A DNA stretch of 57,915 bases, taken from the NCBI RefSeq assembly GCF_001194135.2, contig NC_068990.1, positions 46,510,751 to 46,568,665 on the forward strand, read 5' to 3'. The notes under the pieces were generated by a model. That model saw nothing but the letters and a program-made list of their open reading frames with translations. It was not told the origin of the DNA and made no database searches. The position numbers were made by a program, and so were the translations under genes. This DNA comes from Octopus bimaculoides. Its lineage: Eukaryota. Of this stretch, positions 38,345-51,109 are shown in pieces; positions within the stretch are counted from its first letter, which is position 1; each line of letters opens with the position of its first letter.

Positions 38345-38516
38345 GTGGCACAGCGCAAACAATTTTAGGGGACAAGTCGATTACTTATTTTATCGACCCC
38401 AAAAGGAAGAAAGGCAAGTCGACTTCGGCGGAATATGAACTCAGGACATGATAACGGACGAAATACCACAAAGCATTTTGCCTGGCATGCCAACGATTCT
38501 ACCAACCCGCCGCCTT
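38345..38516 (-). mobile_element. SINE family B copy
   Basis: ttattttatcgacccc.aaaggaagaaaggcaagtcgacttcggcggaatatgaactc...aacgattctacc..ccgccgcc. Confidence 0.8.
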
Positions 38517-39569
38517 AGCTTTCTTAAAATATTGACAGGTCGTTTAGTTAGCTGAATACTAAATAACAATTGTAAGTCATGTATGTGTGTGCGTGTGTGT
38601 GTGTGTGTGTGTGCGTGTGCGTCTGTGTGTATGTGTATGTCTGTATGCGCATGCGTATTATGTGAAACAGTCGATTGGCAGAGTCATTAGTACGCACGAT
38701 ATTTGTTCTACCTCTCTGCGATCTGAGTTTAAAATCCCACCGAAGTCAACTTTACCTTTCATCCATTCAGGGCCGACAAATAAGAACAGAATGTTGATAA
38801 CGCTCTCTCCCTCCCTATCTCCACTTCCTCTTTCCCGCCTTCCATCTCTTCCACTTCCACTCCCACCCTCTTTCCCCCTCTATCTCCCTCCCTTCTCCTG
38901 TCACATCCTGAATGTTCTGCCAGGTCAGAAGTGGAAAGGATTAGAAAAAAAGGATGTCTGCGCCTGTTCGCGACTACACGGGCACCTAAAATAATTAGTG
39001 AAAGCATTAGTCCATGCAACTAAGTCATCCTGGATTGCAAGTGACAGTCATAGTCATATTATACATTTCCCCTTCCCATACCAAGACAATCACTTCACAT
39101 TTACATGTTTTCTTTTTCACAGACGATTTGCTTTCAGTTATCTTGCAGTACAATCAACATTCTCTAAATCCACCCCTTCTTCTGTCCCCTTCTCTCTTTC
39201 TTTACAGCCCCACACATGTTTCTACTTCGTCGTTGCTGTTTGATGTTATTGCTCATCACGATCATCATCAACATCGTTATCGATGTTGTTGTCATCTTCG
39301 TAGCCGCTGGTGTCGTTGTCGTCATCACCTTGTATTCTGTCCTCGTCAACCCCACTGTACTTTAGCTTTATTGCGCCATTACTCTGATTGTCTGTCTGCC
39401 TATCTGTACACACACAAATACACACATATACACAAATATACACATACACACATATATATACTTATGTGTTTGTACACACACACGCACACTCTCACACATG
39501 TATATGTATATATATATACATGTATATATATATTTGTGCATATATTTATGTATATATATATATATGTAT

Positions 39570-39611
<42 letters not shown>

Positions 39612-39768
39612 CAAATTAAAAAGGCTGGTTTATTAGCAATTAGAACCTAAAGGCAAAATTAATAGAGGTCACAGTATCTTATGCTAAAGATAAGAGTTAA
39701 ACTTACTCAAAGCTACAAACGCACTATCTTAAGCGACTGACAAGGGGAGGTAAGTCCCCAGTGTACAT

Positions 39769-39824
39769 AGCCAGATCGTGATTTCGGATTTTAATGTCGA
39801 CCATCTTAATCTTCATCAGTAGCT
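39769..39824 (-). ncRNA. Type I hammerhead ribozyme with intact catalytic core
   Basis: Minus strand: agcta-CUGAUGA-agattaagatggtcgacattaaaatcc-GAAA-ucacga-UC|-tggct. Stem I 5 bp; stem II with A.C closing mismatch then gatt/aatc; stem III AUC/GAU; AUC triplet. Confidence 0.75.
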
Positions 39825-40034
39825 CTTAACGCCTAGGGTTAAACTCACCTATCTCTGTTAGTCTAATAAGAGAAAGCGTTGAAAACGTGCTGATTTCCAA
39901 AACAGTACAAATGTAAACTTCAAATTAAAAATGGTGGCTTATTAGGAATTAGAACCTAAAGGCAAAATTAATAAAGATCCCGGTTGTTCTTATAAGACTG
40001 ACAGAGGCAGTTGACTTTAACTCAAGGCGTTAAG

Positions 40035-40090
40035 AGCCGCTGGTGGAGATTAAGATGGTCTCCATCAAAATCCGAAATCGCGATCCGGTT
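40035..40090 (+). ncRNA. Type I hammerhead paralog with mutated core (CUGGUGG)
   Basis: agccg-CUGGUGG-agattaagatggtctccatcaaaatcc-GAAA-ucgcga-UC|-cggtt; stems retained with compensatory changes. Confidence 0.65.
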
Positions 40091-40220
40091 ATGTACGCTA
40101 GGGACTTACCTCCCTTTGTCGGTCACTTAAGACAGTGCGATTGTGGCTTTGAGTTAGTTTAACTCTTATCTTTAGCAAAAGCGGTGCTAATTCAGTACCC
40201 TCTGTTACTTTTGTGACCTC

Positions 40221-40266
<46 letters not shown>

Positions 40267-40747
40267 TATCACAAACAGTCTCAGTCTGTCTGTCTCTTTC
40301 TCCCTCTCAGAAGATGAGAAAAAGAGCAGCAAAAAAAAGCAAGCAAACAGAAAAGACATAAGGTTTTATAAAACCGTTCACATTCTGAGACCACAGTTTT
40401 TGACAATCGTCTGCCATCTTATGGAGTCATTATTTCACTCAGCGATGGAATTATCAACCACTTTTTTTCGTTCTTTTTAGGAAAAAAAAAAAATGAGAAG
40501 AAACGAAAAATGAGTGAAAGCATAAAAATATTGAAGGAAGTATACGAAAAAAAAAACCTCTGCACATTACTTATGTTTACATTTTCGGTCTCTTCTTTCT
40601 CTGAAATTTCTTTGTATTTTCTCACCGTGTTTTACTTTTTCTTTCTTTTTGCCCAGTTTTGTATATCACTGTTTTTCTCGTTCTTAATACCCTCTCCATT
40701 GTTTTTCATTCTTTTCATTCCTCTCTTTCCTCTTTCAATATATTTTA

Positions 40748-40802
<55 letters not shown>

Positions 40803-41869
40803 GTTGTTGTTGTTGTTATTATTCTCTCTCACGTACACATACACACATTCCCATTTCCTTCTCTCCCTTTCGCGCTCTCTCCGTGTCCGCCATGCCACTT
40901 TATACTCTTCAGTTTTCTATCTTTTTATCTATTTTATCACCTCTTGCTTCTCTGTCATCTCCCTATTTCTTACACTTTCACACACATACGCACATCACCA
41001 CCACCTTTCTCTCTTTCATTCTCTGCCTATCGTCCTCCCATTTGCCCCTCCCTCTAGCCTTGTAAAAGTAAGTCCCTCATCTATCTTTTATCTCTCATCA
41101 TCTAAATATTTCAGCTTCTTTTACACATTTTATCCTTTCCTTCCTTCTCTGATTTTCATGTTAAGTACCCCCCCCCCCATTTATCTTTCTGTCTCTGTCA
41201 TCATTTTAATATTTTAACTTTCTATCTTTTCATATCTTCGTTTATATGCCATCTTCTCCTTTGTCGCTGTTGCCAATGTTTTCGACACCCCACCTTTATT
41301 TAGTTGTCTCCAACGTACTTCTCCATTTTCTTCTATATATCCTAATTTCCTCTTCAAAGCCACAAAATCTGCTAGAAATACCAGTCAAATCTCCCTTGGC
41401 CCACTTTCCGACTGTCTTAGAAATAGAACACGATAGAAATTGCCGTCGATGGTTCCTTGCATATAATGAAAAAGACAGGATACTCACGACTGGAGTGTCT
41501 TTGATTATAAGTTTGCTCAATCAGGGCTAACCCGGGGCTACTCAGCTATACTAGCAACCAACGTCGCTATATCTGCTAGAAAGAACAGCCAAGTCTCCTT
41601 CAAACCACTTCATAACATTTAAAAAGACATTAGATAACGTAGTCCGGTTTATATAAAATGACGAGTTGGTCACAGCTGGTACACGTTTGGCGTAAAGTTG
41701 ATCTGGATCACCTTGGTGCTAAACAGCTACAACATAAAAAAAATATTTTTAGACATTTGTTAATCCTTCTGACTTCCTTAATATCCTTTATCCAAGTCTG
41801 CGCCTACTTCCCTCCCCTTATTCTGTTTCATTCTCTTTATGCCTTGTCTATATATATTCGTTACATGAT

Positions 41870-42065
41870 TGGCGGAATCATTAGCGCGTCATGCAAAATC
41901 CGTAGTGGAATTTCTTCCGGCTTTTTACTTTCTGCCTTCAAATTCCGTCGAGGTCAACTTTGCCTTTCATCCTTTCCGAGTCTATAAAATAAATACCAGT
42001 TGAACACTGGGGTCGACTTCCTTACCTCTTCCCCTAAAATTTCTGGCTCTGTTCTAACATTTGAA
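41870..42065 (+). mobile_element. SINE family B copy
   Basis: ggcggaatcattagcgcg...aaattccgtcgaggtcaactttgcctttcatcctttccgagtctataaaataaataccagttgaacactggggtcga. Confidence 0.85.
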
Positions 42066-42638
42066 ACCTTACTTCCAATATATATATTTCTTTCTATATG
42101 TTACTCGCCTCTCATTCTCTGTATCTTTCTCTCTACCACTTTCATTCCATTATTACTTCCCTTCTTTGATTTACTTTTCTTTTTTTAATTTCCTCCGTTC
42201 TTTCATGCCTTACCCCATACGTTCTTTCTCTCCCCTATCCTTTTTATGTCTATGTATGTGTGTGTGTATATATGTAGATATATATATGTGTGTGTGAGTA
42301 TATATGTATGTATACATATATACATATATATATATATATAAAGTGTAGTATATTGCCACTTAAGTGTGGCTGACCCCTAGGGGTGGATNNNNNNNNNNNN
42401 NNNNNNNNNNNNNNNNNNNNNNNNNNNNNNNNNNNNNNNNNNNNNNNNNNNNNNNNNNNNNNNNNNNNNNNNNNNNNNNNNNNNNNNNNNNNNNNNNNNN
42501 NNNNNNNNNNNNNNNNNNNNNNNNNNNNNNNNNNNNNNNNNNNNNNNNNNNNNNNNNNNNNNNNNNNNNNNNNNNNNNNNNNNNNNNNNNNNNNNNNNNN
42601 NNNNATATATATATATATATATATAATATATATATATG

Positions 42639-42752
42639 TTAAGGGTACACGTGTCTGTGGAGTGCTCAGCCACTTGCACGTTAATTTCACGAGCAAGCTG
42701 TTCCATTGATCGGATCAGTTGGGACTCTCGTCGTCGTAACCAACGGAGTGCT
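42639..42752 (+). mobile_element. SINE family D 3' end
   Basis: gttaagggtacacgtgtctgtggagtgctcagccacttgcacgttaatttc...ctcgtcgtcgtaaccaacggagtgc is the reverse complement of the segment at about 28465-28590. Confidence 0.8.
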
Positions 42753-44680
42753 CCTCGTTATATATATACTGACACAAAAATACATATACATGTAAATATG
42801 TATATTCGGTTACAAGACACATACATACGCACTCCCCAAGGTACATCCTAATTCTTCTTAACGAGGTATTTTTCAACAAAAGTGCTCAACAAATATTTTA
42901 GGTTACGACACTAAGTGTATGAAGGGAATGAATAATCGAAACGAGTGAACAGTATACGGGATTTAACGGAAATATATGTGTCATCTAATCTCGTTGCTAG
43001 TCTTTGGCTATTGAAATATTCTGTTTCGAGAACTGTAACTCTCACCAGACGGTGTAAAACACATATATACGTACACACACATATACATTCGTACTCATAC
43101 ACATACAAGACATATACACTCACGGCACGAAGCGCGCGCACATAGACACACATGCACGTACACACGTTTTCGGTCTCTTCCTCTTCTTCTCTATGTATCT
43201 CAGTGCAACCATCTATATATATAATATAAATTTCCTGATACCGGCTACCTTTCCATGTTTTTCTGCATCGTGTTTCTGTAACATATAGCAACGATAACAA
43301 CAAAAACAGTAACAACAGAAACAGTAACAACAACAACAATAAAATTAAAAGAAATGAAAGAAAATAGAAAAACCAAACAAAAAAAAAAGAAGGAAAATAA
43401 AAATTAGATATATGCTTCTATTTGCCAATAGCAGAATCATTATCCTTCCTTACATAGATTTTCTTCGTGTTCTTTTTCATGAACGAAGTAAATAAGTAAC
43501 GTTACATTAAAAAATCAAGTAAAAACGAATAGTTTTCATAAAATTGGAATAAATAAAATAAAATAACTATAAAAAAGATAGAGCAAAGATACATTTCCGG
43601 TGGTGCAGCTCCCTTTAAATAAATCTTTTCATCTTTATCAGTTTGTTCTGATGAAATTTTCCTTCTTCATTTTCACATTATTTTTTTTTTAATATTTATA
43701 TATTTATTCTTATTNNNNNNNNNNNNNNNNNNNNNNNNNNNNNNNNNNNNNNNNNNNNNNNNNNNNNNNNNNNNNNNNNNNNNNNNNNNNNNNNNNNNNN
43801 NNNNNNNNNNNNNNNNNNNNNNNNNNNNNNNNNNNNNNNNNNNNNNNNNNNNNNNNNNNNNNNNNNNNNNNNNNNNNNNNNNNNNNNNNNNNNNNNNNNN
43901 NNNNNNNNNNNNNNNNNNNNNNNNNNNNNNNNNNNNNNNNNNNNNNNNNNNNNNNNNNNNNNNNNNNNNNNNNNNNNNNNNNNNNNNNNNNNNNNNNTCC
44001 CCACCTTCATCCTCACTTATTCAGATATTCCAGTTTGAAGATTCTTTTATTTAAATATAAAAAAAGTTTCATTAATTTCCCAATTTTTTTCTCATTATTA
44101 TTATTATTATTATTATTATTTTTTTGCCACTGAATTGTTGTTGGTGTTGTTGTAGTAGTTGTTGCTGATGGCAGTGGTTGTGGTAGTTTATTCATTTCTT
44201 AGTTATCATTTCATTCACTGAAAAATGTCATTTCCATTTCTGAAGGTTTTCTTCGTCTTCTTCATATATAATATATTCGACTCTACTACCAGTATCGAGT
44301 CCTTGTTATATATCACTTAACAGCCCACATTAATATAGAAACTTTACCTTTACTTCGTTCGCTGAGAAATTTCATGTTCTAATAGAGTTTCACTGCTTTT
44401 TAAAATTTCAGTCAGCCCAAAATACAAATGAAGTATTTTATTTATTTATTTATTTATTGAGCAAATACATGCAAGTTATGACATTTGACGAAGCTTCGAA
44501 ATGTTAGTAAGGTATTTGGGTGCGTGTTGGCAAAACTTAGTGCTTCACCCTCTTGTATACCCAAACATTTCAAAATTAGAACAACAGTGCTATACACCAC
44601 CCAAGAAAATATTTTAGTGGGGTTATAGTCTGAGGCTGAGAGAAATAAGACTTGTTTACTTATGTATTTTTGTCTGTTAT

Positions 44681-45012
44681 CTCTTACTTCTTCCAGTCAT
44701 TGGACTGCGACCGTACTGGAGGGTTTGTCTTGGAAGGTTTTAGTCGAACGAATCGGCTTCAGTTCTTATTTTAAAGCCTGGTACTTATTCCATCGGTTTC
44801 TTTCGCTGAACTGCTAAGTGTTGGTGGGAGAAATACAAAAAAGACAGACACGTACACAAATACGACGGGCTTCCACATAGTTTCCGCCTACCAAATTTAT
44901 TTGTCCGAAGCTATAGCAAAAAACTCTTGTCCGAGGTGCTGCGCAGTGGGACTGAACCGAAAACCACATGGTTCTTAAGTGAGCTTCTTAACCACACTGC
45001 CATGTCTGCGCC
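44681..45012 (-). mobile_element. SINE family A, complete copy
   Basis: Tail and head both present in minus orientation. Confidence 0.85.
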
Positions 45013-45176
45013 TATCTGTTTTAAACTGCATTTTGTAAACAATTGCATCATTGCCCCGCTAAAACCTTATCAAATTTACATCTAAACATGGAGAGTGAAA
45101 TATATTACTCATCGCTCGAAGTTACCATTAATAAAATCCGTAGAGTGCTAGATAAATAGCTGTATTAGTTACTTTC

Positions 45177-45371
45177 TGTTATATCGCACGTGCGGATGAC
45201 CTCTACTCAACTCTCAATTCCGAAAACTCGACTCTACCGAACTCGACTCTACCGAACTCGATGTCTAGTCTACCGACGGCTCCGTCTCGCTCTTCCGTTC
45301 GACGCTTTTCGTCTACCTATTTATACGTATTGGACTAGCCTTACTTATAGCCTGAGGGTGTCTTCACAACA
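45177..45371 (-). mobile_element. Solo LTR (195 bp) of an LTR retrotransposon
   Basis: TGTT...AACA termini; perfect 5-bp TSD ctttc (45172-45176, 45372-45376); tataaatagg TATA-like box on the minus strand; internal 15-bp tandem aactcgactctaccg. Orientation is inferred from the TATA box only. Confidence 0.8.
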
Positions 45372-45572
45372 CTTTCCCATTACGTTCTGAGTTCAAATCA
45401 CTGATTAGCTGAATGGGAAATGGTAAGAGTGTTAAGTGACAGAATAAACAGCAGAAGGTTTTACTTTGCAAAAGCATGGGTTTATCAGTTTTCATGTCGA
45501 TGTTTATGGCATAGCTACTTGTTCCCAAACTCCGTCTTTTTTTAACACTTTGTTGGGATTAAAAAGAAGATT

Positions 45573-46080
45573 TTAGGCTCAGACATGGTTGTGTGGTTAA
45601 GAAGTTCGCTTGGCAACCACGTGGATTCGGGTTCAGTCCCACGGCGTCTTCTTCTGTAGCCTCAGGTCAAACTACATCATTATAGGCCTCCAGGCAAATG
45701 AATGCACTGAGCCCATACTATTTATTTATTGACAGTAAACCACAACATACTTAGGTGTGAATTGGGTCCCTAGATCTGTGAGGCCACTGAGCAACAGCAC
45801 AGTGTGTCCATGCCTTAAGACGGCCATGCCAATACCTTTTGAGTGAATTTGGTGGACGGAAACTGTGTAGAAGCTCGTAGTATATATTTATATACACTTA
45901 CGTGTGTGTGTGTCATAAAGTCTGTACCACCACCACTACTTGACAACCGGTGTTAGTTTGATTACGTCCTCGTAACTTAACGGTTTATCTAATAAGATTG
46001 ATAAAATAAATATCATAACGAAAATAAATAAAAAAGTACAGAGTCGGTTTGGTCAACTAAAACCTTTCAGCGATATCTCA
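45573..46080 (+). mobile_element. SINE family A interrupted by a ~160-bp insertion (about 45673-45830)
   Basis: The family A head breaks after gcctcaggtcaaa and resumes at ccaatacctttgagtg. The insert ends ccttaagacggccatg, resembling one end of a DNA transposon. Confidence 0.7.
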
Positions 46081-46370
46081 GTATAATAAACGATTTAATA
46101 CTATTATAGGTTTAATAGTATAAAGAACTTATTTGAAATGCAGTCTTATCAGATGGCATGACCTTCCAAAATATACCAGGTTACCCATTTCTGTCGCAGA
46201 GAAAATGAAATAGATCAGTGTATTACTGGTACATATCATTTGAAGTCCCAGTACGATGACAATAGAAGTGAAATGAAAGCGGTGTGGATTGCACTCTGAA
46301 ACAACGATATTTCGTTGACCAAGTTACATTTCCCATTGTTAATTATTCTACAGACACGCCTTTAGCTATA

Positions 46371-46405
<35 letters not shown>

Positions 46406-46482
46406 AAGACATACATATACATACATACATGCATGCATACAAACATACATATATACATACATACATAATATATATGTATGTA

Positions 46483-46531
<49 letters not shown>

Positions 46532-46789
46532 TTATACATGCACACATATACACATATACACATACATGCGTACACTCACATATTTGTTGCTTATAGCTAA
46601 AATATAAATGTCATGTGAAGCTTATGCACATGACTTCAGGTCCGTGTTGAAACTGGCAATTTTGTGAACGTAGTCACAGAAAAAAACATCAAAAGCAAAA
46701 CAAAACATAGTAAAGATTACAAAAAAGCTAAATAACACTAATAAGATATAAACAAAGTTAGTGGGGCGGGTGTCATAAGCAGGTGATTA

Positions 46790-47320
46790 TTTAGTGACAA
46801 GTAACATCGTACTCATCAACAACAACAACGACTCCACTTTCAGAACCAACCTCAATAACAACACTTCTAACAACATCATCTCCAACAAAAACGCTACAAT
46901 CAACAATAGGAACACTAACATGAACAACAATAACAACAGCACTACTACCATTATCACTACCATTACTCCCACAAACAGCAACACTAGCGTCGCCAACCGT
47001 CAAAAATAAAAACATCCGCTTCCAATAAAAGACTACCAACGACTACAACAAGAATAAGAACACCATCACCACCACCATCTTCACCAACACCACTACCACC
47101 GCCACCACCATTAACAACAACGCTACCATCACAACCACTTCTAACAACAATACCACCTATTACACCATCTTCACCACCTAAAACATCAGCGGCTACACTA
47201 GCATTAACCATCAGCCATCAGCGGCTACACTAGCATTAACCATCAGCCATCAACTATAACAAACCTCCAGCCACCGCCACCTCCAATAACAACTGTACCA
47301 ACGACTATAACAATAGAAAC
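46790..47320. repeat. (AAC)/(ACC)-rich low-complexity tract, including a 32-bp tandem duplication at 47184-47252
   Basis: Direct reading. Confidence 0.85.
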
Positions 47321-47740
47321 ACCATCATCAACTATATAAACAACAACAACAACAACAACACGATGAACGGGAAATATTTACAAGCCAACAAGGCGGCCTC
47401 TACGTGGTGGTTTGTCTCGCTATAAAATATAACAGCCAAATCTCCCACAAACAACATTCCTATCGTTATAGAAAAGATACTAGAATGATGTCACATTAGT
47501 TAAATATAATCTGAGACAATTCCAGAAGAGACAGAATCGTTACGGTTAGAATGCTTTTGAGGGCTGGCTTGGAGCCAAACTGCAACAATAAGAAGAACAA
47601 CAGAGCAATTTGGTATGGCATTCTTTCGTGCACAAGTCCTTATGCGAAGAAAAGGTGTAAAAAAACGTGTGATAGATTTGTGCTCCAAAATGTCAGAAAT
47701 TCTCCATCACAATGACATTCCAACTTCAATAACTTTTCTC

Positions 47741-47799
<59 letters not shown>

Positions 47800-49299
47800 C
47801 GTGTGCGTGTGCTGTTTATGTCAAAAGAATTTCGAAACTTCGAAAGAGCGTAAAATAATCTTTCATCAGTAGAACTCGAAATAGATAAAACTGCATGTAA
47901 GGGTTATTGTATATAACATTTACACATACACATATGAAAACATATATTCGTACATCAGCACTTGGCTAGTACAACTGAGACTGAGACAGCGTGTTGTTCG
48001 ATTCAGGGATCGAACTCACGACATTGTGATCATGAGCCCAACACCCTAAGCACTAGGCCCAGGGCTTTGAGGCTAAAATGCTTTATGAATGTACGTTGTT
48101 TTGCTTAACTTCATGTCCAACCTGATCGCGCAGGTATATATAACCGAAATCATTCTATTCGTGACCTTCCCGTATGTTTATCTAATATTATCATATTTAT
48201 CTAATGTGTCCTTTCGTGATTTGGTAATGGTGAAAATGTGAGTTGAGGGAAAATTGGTTGTTATTTCTCTCAGATCAAATGACCGCGTAGAAGGCTTCTT
48301 AGTTGGCTCAAGACTTCCTCACTGGATCATCATAATATACATCCAAATGTTCGGAGATATTAATTGCACGCGTTTAATACCCTTTCCTTTCTCACTTTGT
48401 CACACTTACTTTCTGTTGCACACACATACTTTCTTTCATTATCTGTCTTTCACTCTGTTTTGTGCAGCCAGTAATTTTAAAATGGCGCACGCGTGATCTG
48501 ATCTATATTAACCAATGACTATTAAAAGTAAAGGCTATTACCGTTAAAACAGTAAATATCAAACGAATACGGATGTGATCAAACAGAGACGCTGGATGTT
48601 TGATAGAAAGCTAAAGACGTGTGTTATTAACAGCAATTTGCTCTTTGAAATTCGCTTTAGTAAACAGCTCATTGTGGGCGCCATTATGACATAACCACCA
48701 TGATGGAGTGCAGTATTTTTATTATACTTATACTTGTTGTTATGGCTACTGTGGCTGCTGCGACTGTTTTATTTTTGTTGAGCGTTTCTTCCCTTGTTTT
48801 ACTTTTTCTTTCTTTTGTAACCTTGATATTTTACTGACATTATCACTGTTAGAAATTCAAGCGTCAATTGTTGAAATTAGAATATCTATTTAACAAGCAA
48901 CATCCATTTATTTAACAGTGAATTCTTCAGCTCGGGTCACATTAACAATATATTATCGAGATGTGCTAGGTCAGAAGTTATGATTACAGAGGTATTCTTC
49001 ACTGTTCTCTCTTTCTCTTTCTTTCTCTCTAACTCTCTATATTTCTGTTCTTTTCCTTGCACATATAAACGCACACACAAACATTATCTCTCTTTTTCTT
49101 CTCTTTCTCATTCTCTTTTATGCGATCCGTTGTAGTTATTTAACCCCAAATCAGCTCTAATCGAACAGGTATGAAATCACAAGCCTTCCAACCTCGATCT
49201 GCTCGTCTTTTTTGTATACAGGGAACAACGAAGTGTAAAGATTGATCATCCTACGTTTCGTTTTATAAGATAGTAGGAGTGTAACTTGAAGGAGTTTAG

Positions 49300-49780
49300 A
49301 CAGCTATTTCTTGTAAGTCGAATGATCATGTTGTGAATCTTTATTATTAATATTATTAGAGATATATTTTTTGACATGGCGCCCAAGAATGAAACTTCTT
49401 CTACTTGAGTATTTTTCACACCACATATACTCATGAAGCTAGGAGTGCAAAAATCTCTTCTGCAGTTACGTAATCCTTTAATAAGACATTCGATTTTACT
49501 CTCATCACTTTGTATCGCTTGAGTGTGCACCTCAGTATCTTTCATCGACGAAATGCAAAGAATGGTTTAACGTCTTATGCTTGATCTGAAGCTCTTTGTC
49601 ACTGTTCACATAAACCTTCCATTGATCTACCTCTATGCACTGTAGTTTTAGGTAACAAGGTTGTTTGTGCGATGCACGTAACCGATGGTGATTTGCTTTA
49701 TGTGAAAAGCACAATTCATCGATTTTGACAATCGCTTTATATACGCCAAGCTTTGTTGTTTGTCTATAAAATAATTCGAT
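49300..49780 (-). mobile_element. RTE-clade LINE, decayed 3' ORF fragment
   Basis: TKLGVYKAIV (cf. TKLxVYxAVV), HRLRASH..C..L...W...V.N, and KRYK...KSNVL in another frame. Confidence 0.5.
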
Positions 49781-49866
49781 GAGGATTATTCATAAACTAA
49801 TTCGTGCACATCCCATGGAAAAAATTGTAAATATTTAAATGTTGTCACCGATGAAAGTTCAGGTAA

Positions 49867-50165
49867 ACCTCAACTTATGTCGTTTCGAGTTACGTCTTTT
49901 GCGTCTTTACGTCGTTTTTAAAAGAAATTAATGGAGAAATAAACGTCTACTTTAGTCGATTTCTTCGACCTTGCGTCGGTTTCAGCAAACATTTCAAAAC
50001 ACAAAACTTAAAAAAAAAAAAAAAACACAAATCAATATTGAAATAAAAAAAATCAAATAAAATACTTGTCAAAATATGCACAAATCATTTATCAAAATAG
50101 ATATAAGCTAATAAAGTTTTGAAAGATGTTTTTCGTTTTACGTCGTTTTCCGAGTAAGTTGAGGT
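49867..50165. mobile_element. Possible MITE with 11-bp TIR
   Basis: acctcaactta ... taagttgaggt; internal repeated tacgtc motifs; TSD not clean. Confidence 0.35.
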
Positions 50166-51109
50166 ATACTTGTATTCAGAAATTTAACAGCTGGAGTAAT
50201 ATTTGCTTTTGCACTCCAATAATAAATATTTTTAACCCACTTTGTAATAACATTTTTCTGGTTGGAGCAAGAAAAAAAAAAAAACAATGGAATTGTTTGA
50301 TACTCTTCATATTTACCTCACTTCTTCACTTCGCATATTCGTATTTTGATAGAGAAAGAACCTTTTTGTTCAGCTCATAGGCACGCTGTAGTAATGTCAC
50401 TGAAATTCTTTACGTTGAAAACCCTGATGGTTTATGAAATAAATTACTAGAAGAGGACCTTTGACTAATAATGGTTAAATAGTATTTTTATAAAGTGTGT
50501 GGTCCCTCGTAATGGGTGTTACAGTATCTTGTTCTTTCTCTCGATTGAACTTAACCAACAGTTTGCAGGAACTGACACCAAAGGGAGAATTAATCATTGT
50601 AATGAATTTATTAAAATGACCTCAACAATGACCTTTCTTTTAATCTTATGGTTAATTATGAATATAAGTTTTTAATGAGAACAATGGTAGCTTTGATACT
50701 GACCAATTTACTACGCGCTTCATGAATGAAAACAGTAGAAGCTTGAATAACTACAAAGGGACCTTTAATATTTACCAATTTATTATGCTTCCTATCAAAT
50801 GATTAATTCTTCTTTGATATCAATTCCTTCAAATTCTTGGTTTGGATGAATATTAATCCAAGAGAAATTAGTTCATAAATAGCTTTTAAGCCTCCTTACA
50901 AAGATAAAGAACTTTCAAATTTTTTACTAAGGTGGAGAAACTATGAACATCTTGTGAGTTTACCATGTTTATAACTTCCACAAATTCTGTATTTTGATAG
51001 ATATGCTTTTTTTTTATCTGTTTTTACTTGTTTTAGTCATTAGAGCGCAGCCATGCTGAAGCTCCGCCTTGAGTGCTGGGGTACTACTATGTTTAATAAC
51101 TTTTTCTTA

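Larger units (their letters stand above)
39665..40220. mobile_element. ~560-bp inverted-repeat element with a hammerhead in each arm (inverted PLE pLTR / retrozyme-like, or TA-flanked MITE)
   Basis: Arm 39665-39871 is the reverse complement of 39988-40220 (27 substitutions in about 190 aligned bp, plus a ~25-bp indel near the termini); termini ta-gaggtcac / gtgacctc-ta. Confidence 0.8.

Noticed and set aside
45225-45261. Short direct repeats (also 10795-10861 and 47184-47252) as CRISPR-like arrays
   Set aside because: Tandem with no unique spacers, eukaryotic context, no cas genes.
47820-47875. Minus-strand ctgatga..cgaag/cgaaa motif
   Set aside because: A15.1 is absent in the best register and stem I does not pair.
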